64,000 nt of DNA from Bryobacteraceae bacterium. GTDB lineage: Bacteria; Acidobacteriota; Terriglobia; Bryobacterales; Bryobacteraceae. Location of the stretch: positions 236,832-300,831 of the forward strand of contig DATASJ010000106.1 of assembly GCA_036269275.1 (NCBI GenBank), written 5' to 3'. The notes under the pieces were generated by a model that was not told where the DNA came from, made no database searches, and was given only the letters and a program-made list of their open reading frames with translations. The position numbers and the translations under genes were made by a program. This document shows positions 36,961-46,579 of the stretch, piece after piece (positions within the stretch are counted from its first letter, which is position 1; each line of letters opens with the position of its first letter).

Positions 36961-39900
36961 CAGAACGCCTGCCCGATGGAGAAGAAGAACTCGAAATGAC
37001 TAAGGCGCTGCGCGCTGGGAGTGCAATAGGAGGGATTTCCCGCTGCGCCGGGATGGCAATCGAGCAGTTGCTGTATGGTCAGGCTGGTGCCGAAGCCTTC
37101 GTAGGACGGCGGATTCAAGGCGTAGGCCAGATCGACGCGCACCGGCCCAAGCGGCGTCTTGTAGCGAATGCCGAAACCAGGAGCCTGCACCGCGTAATTG
37201 AAGTCTTGGATATTGGGCTGGTGATAGGCAAACGAAAGGCTACTGAAGTTCGAATAAATATTGCCCATGTCGTGGAAAACCACGCCGCTGATATTCGGCC
37301 CCAGCAGCGGAAATCGCAGCTCGAAGGTGTTGAAGAACAGCGCGTTGCCGCCGATTGGGAAACCGCTGGGGCAGTACTGAGACGATCCGGCCGCGCAGTT
37401 GATCGCCGGAATGCTGGCCGTTGGCAATTCGTTCGGAGTGCCGATGTCGCGCGGTCCAGCCTGGTTGTCGCCAAATCCACGCATGGAAACGCTGCCGCCG
37501 CCGAAGAAGCGCTCGGGAAGCGGGATCTCGTCGTTCGCATTAGTGGCCGCCGGGGTATTAAAAGGAAGGATTTCGCCGATCTGCGTCTGCCGCGCGAAGA
37601 CCAGGTTATGGCCGAGCGACGTGTAAGTCGCGTTGCGCGCCAGAACGCGTAAGAAGTTGCGCTGCGATCCAAAGAAGTTACCGGCCACTCCTGCATCCAC
37701 TGTGTTCCAGAAACCGCGGTGGGCATCCGCCGGATTGTCGCGATGATCCTGAATGTAACTGGCGGACAACATGCCGATGCGAACCGGCTGCAGGAATATC
37801 GGGATGATCAGCGCGGGGATAACTACGTTTCCGGTGCTTACTCGAGCATAGGAAAACCGGAGTAGCAACGTAGATGCGCGGTTGAGCCGCTGCGATGTTT
37901 GCACCGACGCTTCCTCGCGCCTCGACGAGAAGGTCTGCACGTCTTGCGTGGTGTCGTACAAGATCGTGAATGTGACGGTGCGGCCCTGAGATCCCAAGAA
38001 CCGCGGCACAGTGTAGTTCAGCGATTCCCGCTGCTCCAAAGTGGAATAGCGAGTTTGCAGCGACAAGGTTTGTCCTCTACCCAAAAAATTGATGCGGCTT
38101 ACGTCGAACGAGACAATGGGTGCGATGCCTTTCGCGCCGCCCGCTTCCGACAGGTTGTTGGTGGTTTGACCGAATTGCCCGACCTCTAATCCAAAGCCGA
38201 CATTGAACGTGTAGCGCGCCGCTTCATCGAAATCGTAAAGGACGTATTTATAGAGATTGCTTCCGTCCGGATCCTGCAGCGCCGTGTTCACGTTCGCGAA
38301 GATGCCCAGGTTGTTCAGCCGCCGGGCATCGTCATTGATCTCGGTCATCGAAATAGGCTCGCCCGCGCGAACCTTGATCTTGCGCGTGACCAAGGACGGC
38401 TCGGTGCGATTCAAACCCGAGATAAGCACCTTCCGGACGAACTCCTGCGGGCCTTCGTTGATGTGATAGGTGAGATCGATGGTTGCCTGATCCGTGCCGG
38501 GTGTCGCGCTGTAAGAGAAGGTAGCCTGGGCGAAGCCGTGATCGTAATAGTATTCAAGAATCCGGTTCCGGTCGGAAGAAACGTTGACGTCCGCATAAGG
38601 CTGTCCCACCGCCGAGTACAACTGATCTCGAATGCTGCTGAGATCGAGCCGCGCCGTTCCGTCGATAGCCAGGTGCGCGACGCGCCACTGTTTCCCTTCG
38701 TCGATACGAAATGTAACGGCGATATCGTCCGGCTTGCCTTTGTAATTCGTCTGTACGGAAGATTTGACTTTCACGTCCCGGAAGCCGTTCGCCGCGTATA
38801 GGTTCTCGATCGCTTCTTCATCTTTCTTTTGGAATGTCTCGCTGTACCGTCCATAGCGAAGAACGATGGACTTACTTTGCAGAAACATCCGCTCGCGAAT
38901 GGTGTCCGACAGAAAGTAGTCGTTGCCTAAGATATCGATGTGCGCGAGTCTCCGCCGCGGGCCTAATGCGATGTAATATGTGATAGTTTGTTGATCATTT
39001 TTAACCGGCTCAGAGCGAAACGTAACATCTACGTCCGGGTAACCTCTGGTTTGGAAGTAATCCTGGAGATTCTTTTTGCCCTCGGTCAGCAAATCGTTGT
39101 CGACCGATCCCTCCACATAAACCGGAACTAAGCCTCGCAGCTTGCCCTTTGAGACTTTCGCTTCCAGCGCTTGGATATTAATCTTCGGACCTGCATCGAT
39201 ATCGAAGTTGGCCTTGGCGCGGCCGGTATGGGTGTTGTAATCGAGCGAAGTTAAGTTGACCGTGGCAGTCAGTCTGTCTTTCTTGGCGTACTTTTTCCGA
39301 ATTCCATCTTGGCCCTTGTCCGTCATAGCGGCTGTAACCTGCCGCCATCGATGAATCAGCGGAATCCGCCAGCCGGTGGCTCGAATGATCGTCTCGTTCG
39401 GAAGCTTGGTGTCGCCCGAGATAGCCGGCCTCTCATACCGCGCGCGTTTCCCCGCATTTACCAGGAACCGGATTGTAACTTCGTGAGTATCGGGATCCTC
39501 GATGGTGGCAACGCCCACATGAGCATCGTAGAGACCGTTCTGATGCATGTCCTCTTCGATGTCTTTGCGCGCCGTTTCCAGGCTTTCTTCATCGAACGGC
39601 GTGCCGAGATTTAGCTGCGCGTCGCTTAATATGACGCCGCGGCTCGGCGGATCGGTGATCTTGCCCTGAGCTCCCACGTGCCCAATGAAGCGCCGCGCCC
39701 GAGTGATGAAGCGCAGCGCCACTCCGTTCCCGCTCGGCTCAGCGTCCACCTGAATGTCATCGTACAGGCCGCTTGCATACAGGCGGTCGATGGTGCCAGC
39801 GACTGAATGTGAGTCTAAGGGCTCGCCAATCTGCACCAGTTGCATGCTCTGCAGGTCGCGCGCATCGATTGGCTGCCGGGCGGGTTCGTAGGTGATCGAC

Positions 39901-40007
39901 GCGACGGTTTTACCACGAAAATCCTGGGCGCGCAATGATACGCACGCCGCTAGTACACAGGTCGCAAGGACAGCTCGCTTGGCAAGGGCGGAAATCCGAA
40001 CGCTCAT
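36960..40007 (-). CDS. bamA: Outer membrane protein assembly factor of the BamA/TamA (Omp85) family, 1015 aa
   Basis: It has a signal peptide, multiple POTRA-like repeats, a C-terminal surface-antigen (D15) barrel and a terminal aromatic signal (FFFSIGQAF). Confidence 0.88.
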   Translation of the reverse strand: MSVRISALAKRAVLATCVLAACVSLRAQDFRGKTVASITYEPARQPIDARDLQSMQLVQIGEPLDSHSVAGTIDRLYASGLYDDIQVDAEPSGNGVALRFITRARRFIGHVGAQGKITDPPSRGVILSDAQLNLGTPFDEESLETARKDIEEDMHQNGLYDAHVGVATIEDPDTHEVTIRFLVNAGKRARYERPAISGDTKLPNETIIRATGWRIPLIHRWRQVTAAMTDKGQDGIRKKYAKKDRLTATVNLTSLDYNTHTGRAKANFDIDAGPKINIQALEAKVSKGKLRGLVPVYVEGSVDNDLLTEGKKNLQDYFQTRGYPDVDVTFRSEPVKNDQQTITYYIALGPRRRLAHIDILGNDYFLSDTIRERMFLQSKSIVLRYGRYSETFQKKDEEAIENLYAANGFRDVKVKSSVQTNYKGKPDDIAVTFRIDEGKQWRVAHLAIDGTARLDLSSIRDQLYSAVGQPYADVNVSSDRNRILEYYYDHGFAQATFSYSATPGTDQATIDLTYHINEGPQEFVRKVLISGLNRTEPSLVTRKIKVRAGEPISMTEINDDARRLNNLGIFANVNTALQDPDGSNLYKYVLYDFDEAARYTFNVGFGLEVGQFGQTTNNLSEAGGAKGIAPIVSFDVSRINFLGRGQTLSLQTRYSTLEQRESLNYTVPRFLGSQGRTVTFTILYDTTQDVQTFSSRREEASVQTSQRLNRASTLLLRFSYARVSTGNVVIPALIIPIFLQPVRIGMLSASYIQDHRDNPADAHRGFWNTVDAGVAGNFFGSQRNFLRVLARNATYTSLGHNLVFARQTQIGEILPFNTPAATNANDEIPLPERFFGGGSVSMRGFGDNQAGPRDIGTPNELPTASIPAINCAAGSSQYCPSGFPIGGNALFFNTFELRFPLLGPNISGVVFHDMGNIYSNFSSLSFAYHQPNIQDFNYAVQAPGFGIRYKTPLGPVRVDLAYALNPPSYEGFGTSLTIQQLLDCHPGAAGNPSYCTPSAQRLSHFEFFFSIGQAF

Positions 40008-40189
40008 TTGCGCCGATTTTGCGATGCAAGAATGCCGAAACTAAACAATAGAATTCCCTCCAGAGGACTACATTCGAACCGAGCCGTCTCAATGCACTTC
40101 CTGGACGCCCGCTCACTGTGCCTCGTTTCATGCGCTCGCCCGTTTGAGGGCGCCGCCTGTGCCACCATAGGGGCAACCAGGGCGGGAGC

Positions 40190-41059
40190 ATGACGGCAAA
40201 GGAGGCGTTTGAATTACTCAAGTCGGCGGGTTCTAAATGGAACTACTACAATGCGCCGCGTTTGGGCGCCGCGCTGGCCTATTACACTCTGCTATCGCTT
40301 GCGCCGTTGCTGATTCTGCTGGTTACAGTTTGCGCTCTGGTGTTTAACCAGGCAGCAGCCGAACGCGATCTGCTTACCGACATACGAGACTTGGTCGGAA
40401 TCCCGGAAGCACAGGCCGTCCAAACGTTCCTTGAAAGCGCTCACCACGCCACAAACGGCACTGTTGCGGCCATCGCCGCCATGCTGACACTGCTGTTTGG
40501 GGCTTCCGGTGTCTTCGTAGAACTACGAGATTCCTTAAACCTTATCTGGGATGCTCCGCAGCCGAAAGCTTCCGCCTGGCGAGAGATGGTTATGCAGCGG
40601 CTGATCTCGTTCGTGATGATCCTTGCGCTCGGCGTCTTGCTCCTCGTTTCGCTGATCGTGAGCGCCGGCGCGGCGATGGTCGAGAAGTCGTTCGCAGGCG
40701 TCGCGCGGCTTCAGGCTGCTCTTCTCGGTCAGATAGGAGCGCACGCCGTATCGCTGGTTGTGCTGGCAGTGCTGTTCAGTTTGATCTTCAAGTTCGTCCC
40801 CACGGTTCGCATCCGCTGGCGCGATGTAGTCGCGGGCGCGGTCCTCACTGCGATCCTCTTCGAGCTTGGCAAAGCGCTATTGGCGTTCTATATCGGCACG
40901 GCCGCGGTCGGATCGGCCTACGGGGCGGCCGGTTCTCTCATCGTGCTGGTGGTGTGGGTGTATTATTCGGCTCAAATCTTCTTCTTCGGCGCAAGCTTCA
41001 CTCGCGTCTATGCCGATACTTATGGATCGCATCGCAAGCGCGCGCGCACAAAAACCTAA
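40190..41059 (+). CDS. YihY/BrkB family membrane protein
   Basis: The N-terminus WNYYNAPRLGAALAYYTLLSLAPLLILL and six TM segments are typical of the YihY family. Confidence 0.85.
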   Translation: MTAKEAFELLKSAGSKWNYYNAPRLGAALAYYTLLSLAPLLILLVTVCALVFNQAAAERDLLTDIRDLVGIPEAQAVQTFLESAHHATNGTVAAIAAMLTLLFGASGVFVELRDSLNLIWDAPQPKASAWREMVMQRLISFVMILALGVLLLVSLIVSAGAAMVEKSFAGVARLQAALLGQIGAHAVSLVVLAVLFSLIFKFVPTVRIRWRDVVAGAVLTAILFELGKALLAFYIGTAAVGSAYGAAGSLIVLVVWVYYSAQIFFFGASFTRVYADTYGSHRKRARTKT

Positions 41060-41096
41060 CTTGCGATAAAATAAGATTTCCCTCCTGTTTTATCCC

Positions 41097-42698
41097 ATGA
41101 TTTCAGTCAGCAACGTCAGCATGCGGTATGGCGGCAAGATCCTGTTTGAGGACGTCACCACGACATTTTTGCCCGGCCGCCGATACGGCTTAACAGGCCC
41201 AAACGGCTCCGGCAAGTCCACCTTCATGAAGCTCCTTTCGGGCGAGCTAGACGCGCAAAAGGGCATCGTGGTGCGTCCGAAAAAGATCGGGATTCTGCGC
41301 CAGGACCAGTTCGCGTTCGATCCGTTCCGGGTAGTCGATACCGTGGTGATGGGCAACCCGGGGCTTTGGAAGGCTCTTGAAGAGCGCGAAACGCTCTATT
41401 CGAAGGCGGAGCTTACCGATGAAGACGGTATGCGCCTGGGCGAGCTGGAAGGCGTGGTCGCGGAGGAAGACGGTTACTCGGCCGAGAGCGACGCGGCCGT
41501 GTTGCTGGACGGTCTGGACATCCCCGAGCCTTTGCATCAGCGCAAAATGGGCGAGCTGCAAGGTGGCCAGAAGGTACGTGTGCTATTGGCGCAGGCCCTG
41601 TTTGGCCGCCCGGAGGCGCTGTTGCTCGATGAGCCGACCAACTATCTTGACCTCGAATCCATCCACTGGCTGCAGAACTTTCTCACGCATTACGGCGGTA
41701 CTCTGATCGTCATTTCGCACGACCGGCATTTTTTGAACAGCGTCTGCACTCACACGGCGGACATCGATTATCAGACCATCATCACGTATCCGGGCGGCTA
41801 CGACGATATGGTGCTGCAGAAGATGCAAATTCGTTCGCGCATTGAATCCGAGAATGCGCAGCGTGAGAAAAAAATCGCGCAGTTGAATGAGTTCATCGCG
41901 CGCTTCTCGGCCGGCACGCGCGCGAGCCAGGTGACTTCGCGCAAAAAGGAAGTGGAGCGGCTGCAGACGACGGAGTTGGCTCGCTCGAATATCCAGCGGC
42001 CGTATATTCGCTTCGAGATGAAGCGGCCCTCGGGCCGGCATGCGCTCGAATGCAAAGGCGTGAACAAGAGCTACGGCGATATCGACGTAGTCAAGAATTT
42101 CACGGTTGCGGTGCAGCGCGGCGAAAAAGTTGCGCTGATGGGACGTAACGGCGCCGGCAAGACAACGCTGTTGAAGGCTCTGCTCGCAAATGCCCCGGGC
42201 GTGGACGATCCGGATACCGGATTAGATTCGGGCGTGGTCAACTGGGGACACGAAGTGCAGGTGGGGTATTTCGCGCAGGACCATCGCGGCAGCATCCGCA
42301 ATGGCACTACGGTAGCCGATTGGCTGCACGATTGGGATCCCCAGGCTTCGAAGGAAGAGATTCGGGGCTTGCTCGGGCAGATGCTGTTCAGCGGCGAGGA
42401 AGGGTTGAAGCCAACCGATGCCCTGTCGGGCGGCGAAGCGGCCCGGCTGATCTTTTGCAAGTTGATGCTGCAAAAACCCAACGTGCTGGTCTTCGACGAG
42501 CCGACCAATCACCTGGATCTTGAATCCATCAACGCGCTCAACGTGGCTTTGCAGAAGTTCGAAGGGACCGTTTTATTGGTCACCCATGACGAGGACCTGG
42601 TGGACGAAGTCGCCACCCGAATCTGGCGCTTTGAAAAGGGCGGGATTGAGGATTTCCTCGGCTCCTACGAAGAGTTTTCGACCGCTGCGGCTAAGTGA
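41097..42698 (+). CDS. ABC-F family ATPase (two ABC domains, no TM domain; YbiT/EttA-like)
   Basis: Walker A is present twice (GPNGSGKST, GRNGAGKTT). The signature motifs are LQGGQKVR and LSGGEAAR. An inter-domain linker is present. Confidence 0.92.
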   Translation: MISVSNVSMRYGGKILFEDVTTTFLPGRRYGLTGPNGSGKSTFMKLLSGELDAQKGIVVRPKKIGILRQDQFAFDPFRVVDTVVMGNPGLWKALEERETLYSKAELTDEDGMRLGELEGVVAEEDGYSAESDAAVLLDGLDIPEPLHQRKMGELQGGQKVRVLLAQALFGRPEALLLDEPTNYLDLESIHWLQNFLTHYGGTLIVISHDRHFLNSVCTHTADIDYQTIITYPGGYDDMVLQKMQIRSRIESENAQREKKIAQLNEFIARFSAGTRASQVTSRKKEVERLQTTELARSNIQRPYIRFEMKRPSGRHALECKGVNKSYGDIDVVKNFTVAVQRGEKVALMGRNGAGKTTLLKALLANAPGVDDPDTGLDSGVVNWGHEVQVGYFAQDHRGSIRNGTTVADWLHDWDPQASKEEIRGLLGQMLFSGEEGLKPTDALSGGEAARLIFCKLMLQKPNVLVFDEPTNHLDLESINALNVALQKFEGTVLLVTHDEDLVDEVATRIWRFEKGGIEDFLGSYEEFSTAAAK

Positions 42699-42712
42699 GG
42701 GGCCGAGCCAGC

Positions 42713-42795
42713 GCACAGGGCGTTCGGCGCCCGTTGTGCGCGGTCGAAACGAGTGCACAGGGCGTTCGGCGCCCGTTGTGCGCGGTCGAAACGAG
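42713..42795. repeat. Tandem duplication (2 x 41 nt with a 42-nt period) of a bulged GC-rich hairpin between convergent genes
   Basis: The unit GCACAGGGCGTTCGGCGCCCGTTGTGCGCGGTCGAAACGAG occurs at 42713-42753 and 42755-42795. In each unit, GCACA-GGGCG / CGCCC-GT-TGTGC forms a 10-bp stem with a 2-nt bulge and a 5-nt loop. Confidence 0.85.
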
Positions 42796-42801
42796 CGGCG
42801 C

Positions 42802-43122
42802 TCACGGAACATGCGCCAAGTACTTCATAGCCGCGTAGAAGATCACCACCAGGCATAAAAACAGCGCCAGCTCCGTAGCGTGACGCCGCATTTTTCCGCG
42901 CTTCTCCGGAACTGGGCGTGGCGTACGCCCTTCCCGCAGGCGTGTCGCGCGACGCATGTTGCTCGCCTGCTCGCCTGGCGACAGTTGGCTATAGAAAGTC
43001 CGGCGGCATTCGCGGCAGCGGTACCGGCGCAATCCGCGCCAGCGCTGTACAAAACCAAAAATCGATCGTCTCCGCGAGCGCCGCACGCTCTGGCTTTCGC
43101 AGCTCGGGCAGGTTAACACCAC
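42802..43122 (-). CDS. Hypothetical zinc-ribbon protein with an Arg-rich linker and a C-terminal TM anchor
   Basis: 106 aa with CPSC...CREC (two CxxC pairs) and a C-terminal hydrophobic segment (LALFLCLVVIFYAAM). Confidence 0.5.
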   Translation of the reverse strand: MVLTCPSCESQSVRRSRRRSIFGFVQRWRGLRRYRCRECRRTFYSQLSPGEQASNMRRATRLREGRTPRPVPEKRGKMRRHATELALFLCLVVIFYAAMKYLAHVP

Positions 43123-43205
43123 GCTCGATCTACCTTTTTGCCCTCTGGTCGGCTATGCATTGTCACGTTGACTGCAATTAGCGATTAGCATACAAGATCG
43201 TGCGA

Positions 43206-44165
43206 TCAGGACACTAACGCACCGGCAGGTTGAAGCTCGGCAATATTCTCCAGGAACCAGGTGTAAGTGGAGCGGATGCCGGCCTCGAGCGAGATAGCAT
43301 GCCGCCAGCCGAGCGCATGGAGCCGGCTCACGTCCAGTAGCTTGCGCGGCGTTCCATCGGGCTTCGAAGTATCGAAGACGAACCGGCCTTCGTACCCGAT
43401 ACTGTGAGCGATGAGTTGTGCTAACTCGGCAATGGTCACGTCTTCGCCCGTGCCCACGTTTACGATTTCGCGTTCGTGGTAGTGCTGCATCAGGAACACG
43501 GCAGCCGTCGCCAGATCGTCCACGTGCAGGAACTCGCGCCTGGCATTGCCGGTGCCCCAAATGGCAACTTCCGGGCGGCCCTGCTCTCGCGCCTCATGGA
43601 TTTTTCGGATCAAAGCCGGAAGCACGTGCGACGTCTCCAGGTTGTAGTTATCCCCGGGCCCGTATAAATTCGTGGGCATGAGCGAGATGGCAGGAAAGCC
43701 ATGCTGGGCCCAATAAGCCTGGCACAACTTGATGCCGGCGATCTTGGCGACCGCGTACCACTCGTTGGTGGGCTCCAAGGGGCCGGTCAACAAGTACTCC
43801 TCTTTGATTGGTTGGAGCGCGTATTTCGGGTAGATACAGGAAGAGCCGAGGAACAGCAGCTTGCGCGCGCCAAAGCGCCACGCGGCATCTACGACGTTCA
43901 ACTGAACCATCAGGTTGTTGTGGATGAAATCGGCCGGGTAGCGGGAATTGGCGAGGATTCCGCCTACTTTCGCAGCCGCCAGGAACACATAGTGCGGACG
44001 CTCGGCGGCGAAGAAGGCGTCCACCTCTGGCTTGGAGATGAGATCGAGTTCGCGCCGCGACCGCAGAAGCAGATGATTAAAGCCTTGTCCGCGAAGACAA
44101 CGCACGAGCGCGGAACCGACCAGCCCGCGATGACCTGCCACGTAAATGCAGCTTGCCTTGTCCAT
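43206..44165 (-). CDS. fcl: GDP-L-fucose synthase (GDP-4-keto-6-deoxymannose 3,5-epimerase/4-reductase)
   Basis: IYVAGHRGLVGSAL, AAKVGGILAN, SSCIYPK and YAVAKIAG (the YxxxK motif) are present. Confidence 0.92.
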   Translation of the reverse strand: MDKASCIYVAGHRGLVGSALVRCLRGQGFNHLLLRSRRELDLISKPEVDAFFAAERPHYVFLAAAKVGGILANSRYPADFIHNNLMVQLNVVDAAWRFGARKLLFLGSSCIYPKYALQPIKEEYLLTGPLEPTNEWYAVAKIAGIKLCQAYWAQHGFPAISLMPTNLYGPGDNYNLETSHVLPALIRKIHEAREQGRPEVAIWGTGNARREFLHVDDLATAAVFLMQHYHEREIVNVGTGEDVTIAELAQLIAHSIGYEGRFVFDTSKPDGTPRKLLDVSRLHALGWRHAISLEAGIRSTYTWFLENIAELQPAGALVS

Positions 44166-44166
44166 C

Positions 44167-45207
44167 TCACGCCAGCGTGAGCACCGGCTCGAACTTCTTT
44201 TCCTGTATCAGGCGCTCGTCCCGAGCAAGCCGGAGATCGGCGTCTACCATCATGTGGACCAATTGGCGGAACGTCGCCCGGGGCTTCCATTGGAGCGCAC
44301 AGTATGCTTTTTGCGCGTCGCCGAGCAAGTAGTCGACTTCCGTGGGGCGGAAATAAGCAGGATCGATCTCGACATGCCGCTCCCATCTCAGGCCTGCATA
44401 GGAAAACGCTTCTTCTAGAAACTCGCGCACCGAGTGCGCCTCGCCGGTCGCAACGACGAAATCCGAGGGCTCGGAATGCTGCAGCATCAGCCACATGGCT
44501 TCGACGTAATCGCCCGCAAAGCCCCAATCCCGGCGGGCCTCGAGATTGCCGAGATATAGCTTTTCCTGCAGGCCGGCTCGAATGCGCCCCACCGCGCGGG
44601 TGATTTTTCGCGTGACGAACGTCTCTCCCCGGCGCGGCGATTCGTGGTTGAACAAGATCCCGTTGGTGATGAAGAGGCCGTACGCTTCGCGGTAGTTGAC
44701 GGAGTACCAGTGCGCCGCCACCTTAGAGACTGCATACGGGCTGCGCGGATAAAAGGGCGTGCTCTCGTTCTGCGGCGGCTTGGCAGCGCCGAACATTTCC
44801 GACGAGCCTGCCTGGTAGAAGCGCACGTGCCGGCCGGTATGCTGCACGTGGTCGCGCATGCAATCGAGCAGGCGGATGGCGCCCATGGCGTCGGCATCCG
44901 CGGTATATTCCGGATTCTCAAACGACACCTTCACGTGCGATTGGGCGCCCAGGTTATAGATCTCGTCGGGCAGCGCGGCTTCGATTACCCGGCGCAGGCC
45001 GGTGGAATCCGTCAGGTCCGCGTAGTGCAGGATCAGCCTGCGGCCGCTCTCATGCGGATCCTCGTAGATATGGTTGATGCGGGAGGTGTTGAAGCTGGAG
45101 CTTCTACGGACAATGCCGTGGACCGTATAACCCTTGGAGAGTAAGAGTTCGCTGAGATAGGACCCGTCCTGGCCTGTGATTCCGGTAATAAGGGCTGATT
45201 TCGACAA
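44167..45207 (-). CDS. gmd: GDP-mannose 4,6-dehydratase
   Basis: [44 protein letters not shown] and [10 protein letters not shown] are present. Confidence 0.95.
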   Translation of the reverse strand: MSKSALITGITGQDGSYLSELLLSKGYTVHGIVRRSSSFNTSRINHIYEDPHESGRRLILHYADLTDSTGLRRVIEAALPDEIYNLGAQSHVKVSFENPEYTADADAMGAIRLLDCMRDHVQHTGRHVRFYQAGSSEMFGAAKPPQNESTPFYPRSPYAVSKVAAHWYSVNYREAYGLFITNGILFNHESPRRGETFVTRKITRAVGRIRAGLQEKLYLGNLEARRDWGFAGDYVEAMWLMLQHSEPSDFVVATGEAHSVREFLEEAFSYAGLRWERHVEIDPAYFRPTEVDYLLGDAQKAYCALQWKPRATFRQLVHMMVDADLRLARDERLIQEKKFEPVLTLA

Positions 45208-45255
45208 ATTCCCTCCGAGAGAACTAGTGGGAATTGCGCGAATATCCTCGCCGCG

Positions 45256-45753
45256 TTACACGATAGTCAACAGGACGATCGCCTGGGCTTCACAAGAAAG
45301 GCCTTGGCCCACCGGCCCCACTCGCTCCGCTGTCTTGAACTTGACACTCACCGAACTAACCGGCAGGCGGGCGGCACGCGCCAGGGCTTCTCGAATCTGC
45401 CCGCGAAACTCCTTCAGCTTCGGGCGTTCCAAGATGATAGTCGAATCGACGTTGACGAGCCGGTAACCTTCTTGGGCAGCCAATGCGAGCGCGTGCTCGA
45501 GAAAAGACGCGCTGGCGGCGTCCTTCCATTCCGGTGCGCTGTCCGGGAAATGCATGCCGATGTCTCCCAGCGAAAGGGCGCCCAGCACCGCATCGGTTAC
45601 GGCGTGAAAGAGCACGTCGGCATCGGAATGCCCTGCGAGGCCGAACTCAGAGGGTATTCGAATGCCGCCGAGGATCAATGCGCGGCCGGACTCGATGCGA
45701 TGCGTGTCCCAGCCCTGTCCGATGCGAAAGGGCGGTGGAAGCTGCTCAGGCAT
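45256..45753 (-). CDS. ispF: 2-C-methyl-D-erythritol 2,4-cyclodiphosphate synthase
   Basis: FRIGQGWDTHRIESGRALILGGIRIPSEFGLAGHSDADVLFHAVTDAVLGA is present. Confidence 0.95.
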   Translation of the reverse strand: MPEQLPPPFRIGQGWDTHRIESGRALILGGIRIPSEFGLAGHSDADVLFHAVTDAVLGALSLGDIGMHFPDSAPEWKDAASASFLEHALALAAQEGYRLVNVDSTIILERPKLKEFRGQIREALARAARLPVSSVSVKFKTAERVGPVGQGLSCEAQAIVLLTIV

Positions 45754-46480
45754 GCTCGCGAAGATTCAGGCCCGATGTTTCGAGCGTAAGGTACAACTGC
45801 GCCAGTTGCATATCGCTCGGCTTGGTGATCTTTATGTTGTGATCGCTACCCAGAACTACGGACACTTCCACTTGCTCCAAGCGCTCGACCAGCGAGGACT
45901 CATCGGTACCGATGAATAGATCCTCGCGCGCCTTTTGAAACGCTTGCCGCAACAGCTCGAGCCGGAACACTTGCGGCGTTTGGGTCAGGATCAGGCGTTC
46001 CCGCGGCAGTGTCGCCCGCACCTTGTTGCGATGCACTTGCTTGACCGTATCGATGGGGACAATGCCGAGAATGGCAGCGCCGGTTTCGGAAGCTTCCTGA
46101 ATCACTTTCTCGATTACTTCTTTTTCGACGAACGGGCGGACGGCGTCATGAACCGCTACTAGAGCCGTGTCATCGCTGATGGACGCGAGCGCATTCTCGA
46201 CCGACTGCTGGCGCGTTTCGCCGCCCGGCACTGCCCGCACCGTTTTGCCGAACTGCTGGCTTGCAAAGAGCTCCTGAGCCCAATCGAGATCTTCGGCGCG
46301 AAGGGCGACGACGATCTCGGTGACGTGTTCCGAGCTGACGAACTTACGGATGGTGTGAATGAGGATGGGCGAGCCGTTCAGCAGCATAAACTGCTTGCGG
46401 CTGGTGCCTTCCTTTTCGGGCGAGCTTCGGCCCATGCGCGTGCCCAACCCGGCCGCGGGAATGATAACGGAAACTTTCAT
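45746..46480 (-). CDS. ispD: 2-C-methyl-D-erythritol 4-phosphate cytidylyltransferase
   Basis: VIIPAAGLGTRMG, KQFMLLNGSPILIHTI and VAVHDAVRPFV are present. It overlaps ispF by 8 nt. Confidence 0.93.
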   Translation of the reverse strand: MKVSVIIPAAGLGTRMGRSSPEKEGTSRKQFMLLNGSPILIHTIRKFVSSEHVTEIVVALRAEDLDWAQELFASQQFGKTVRAVPGGETRQQSVENALASISDDTALVAVHDAVRPFVEKEVIEKVIQEASETGAAILGIVPIDTVKQVHRNKVRATLPRERLILTQTPQVFRLELLRQAFQKAREDLFIGTDESSLVERLEQVEVSVVLGSDHNIKITKPSDMQLAQLYLTLETSGLNLREHA

Positions 46481-46579
46481 GGGTTAGCGGGAGCTAGGCC
46501 TCAGAGCCGTGTTGACCTGAATTTGCATCGAACCTACATCATACCGGCAAAAGACTTTCTGAGTTATCATCGAACGCGA

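Noticed and set aside
42520-42858. A 112-aa ORF containing the duplicated peptide GRSAPVVRGRNE. The antisense ORFs 42573-42812 and 42665-42856 fall in the same category.
   Set aside because: The internal peptide repeat is simply the translation of the tandem 41-nt hairpin unit in the spacer between convergent genes. The ORF overlaps the ABC-F 3' end and has no coding signature.
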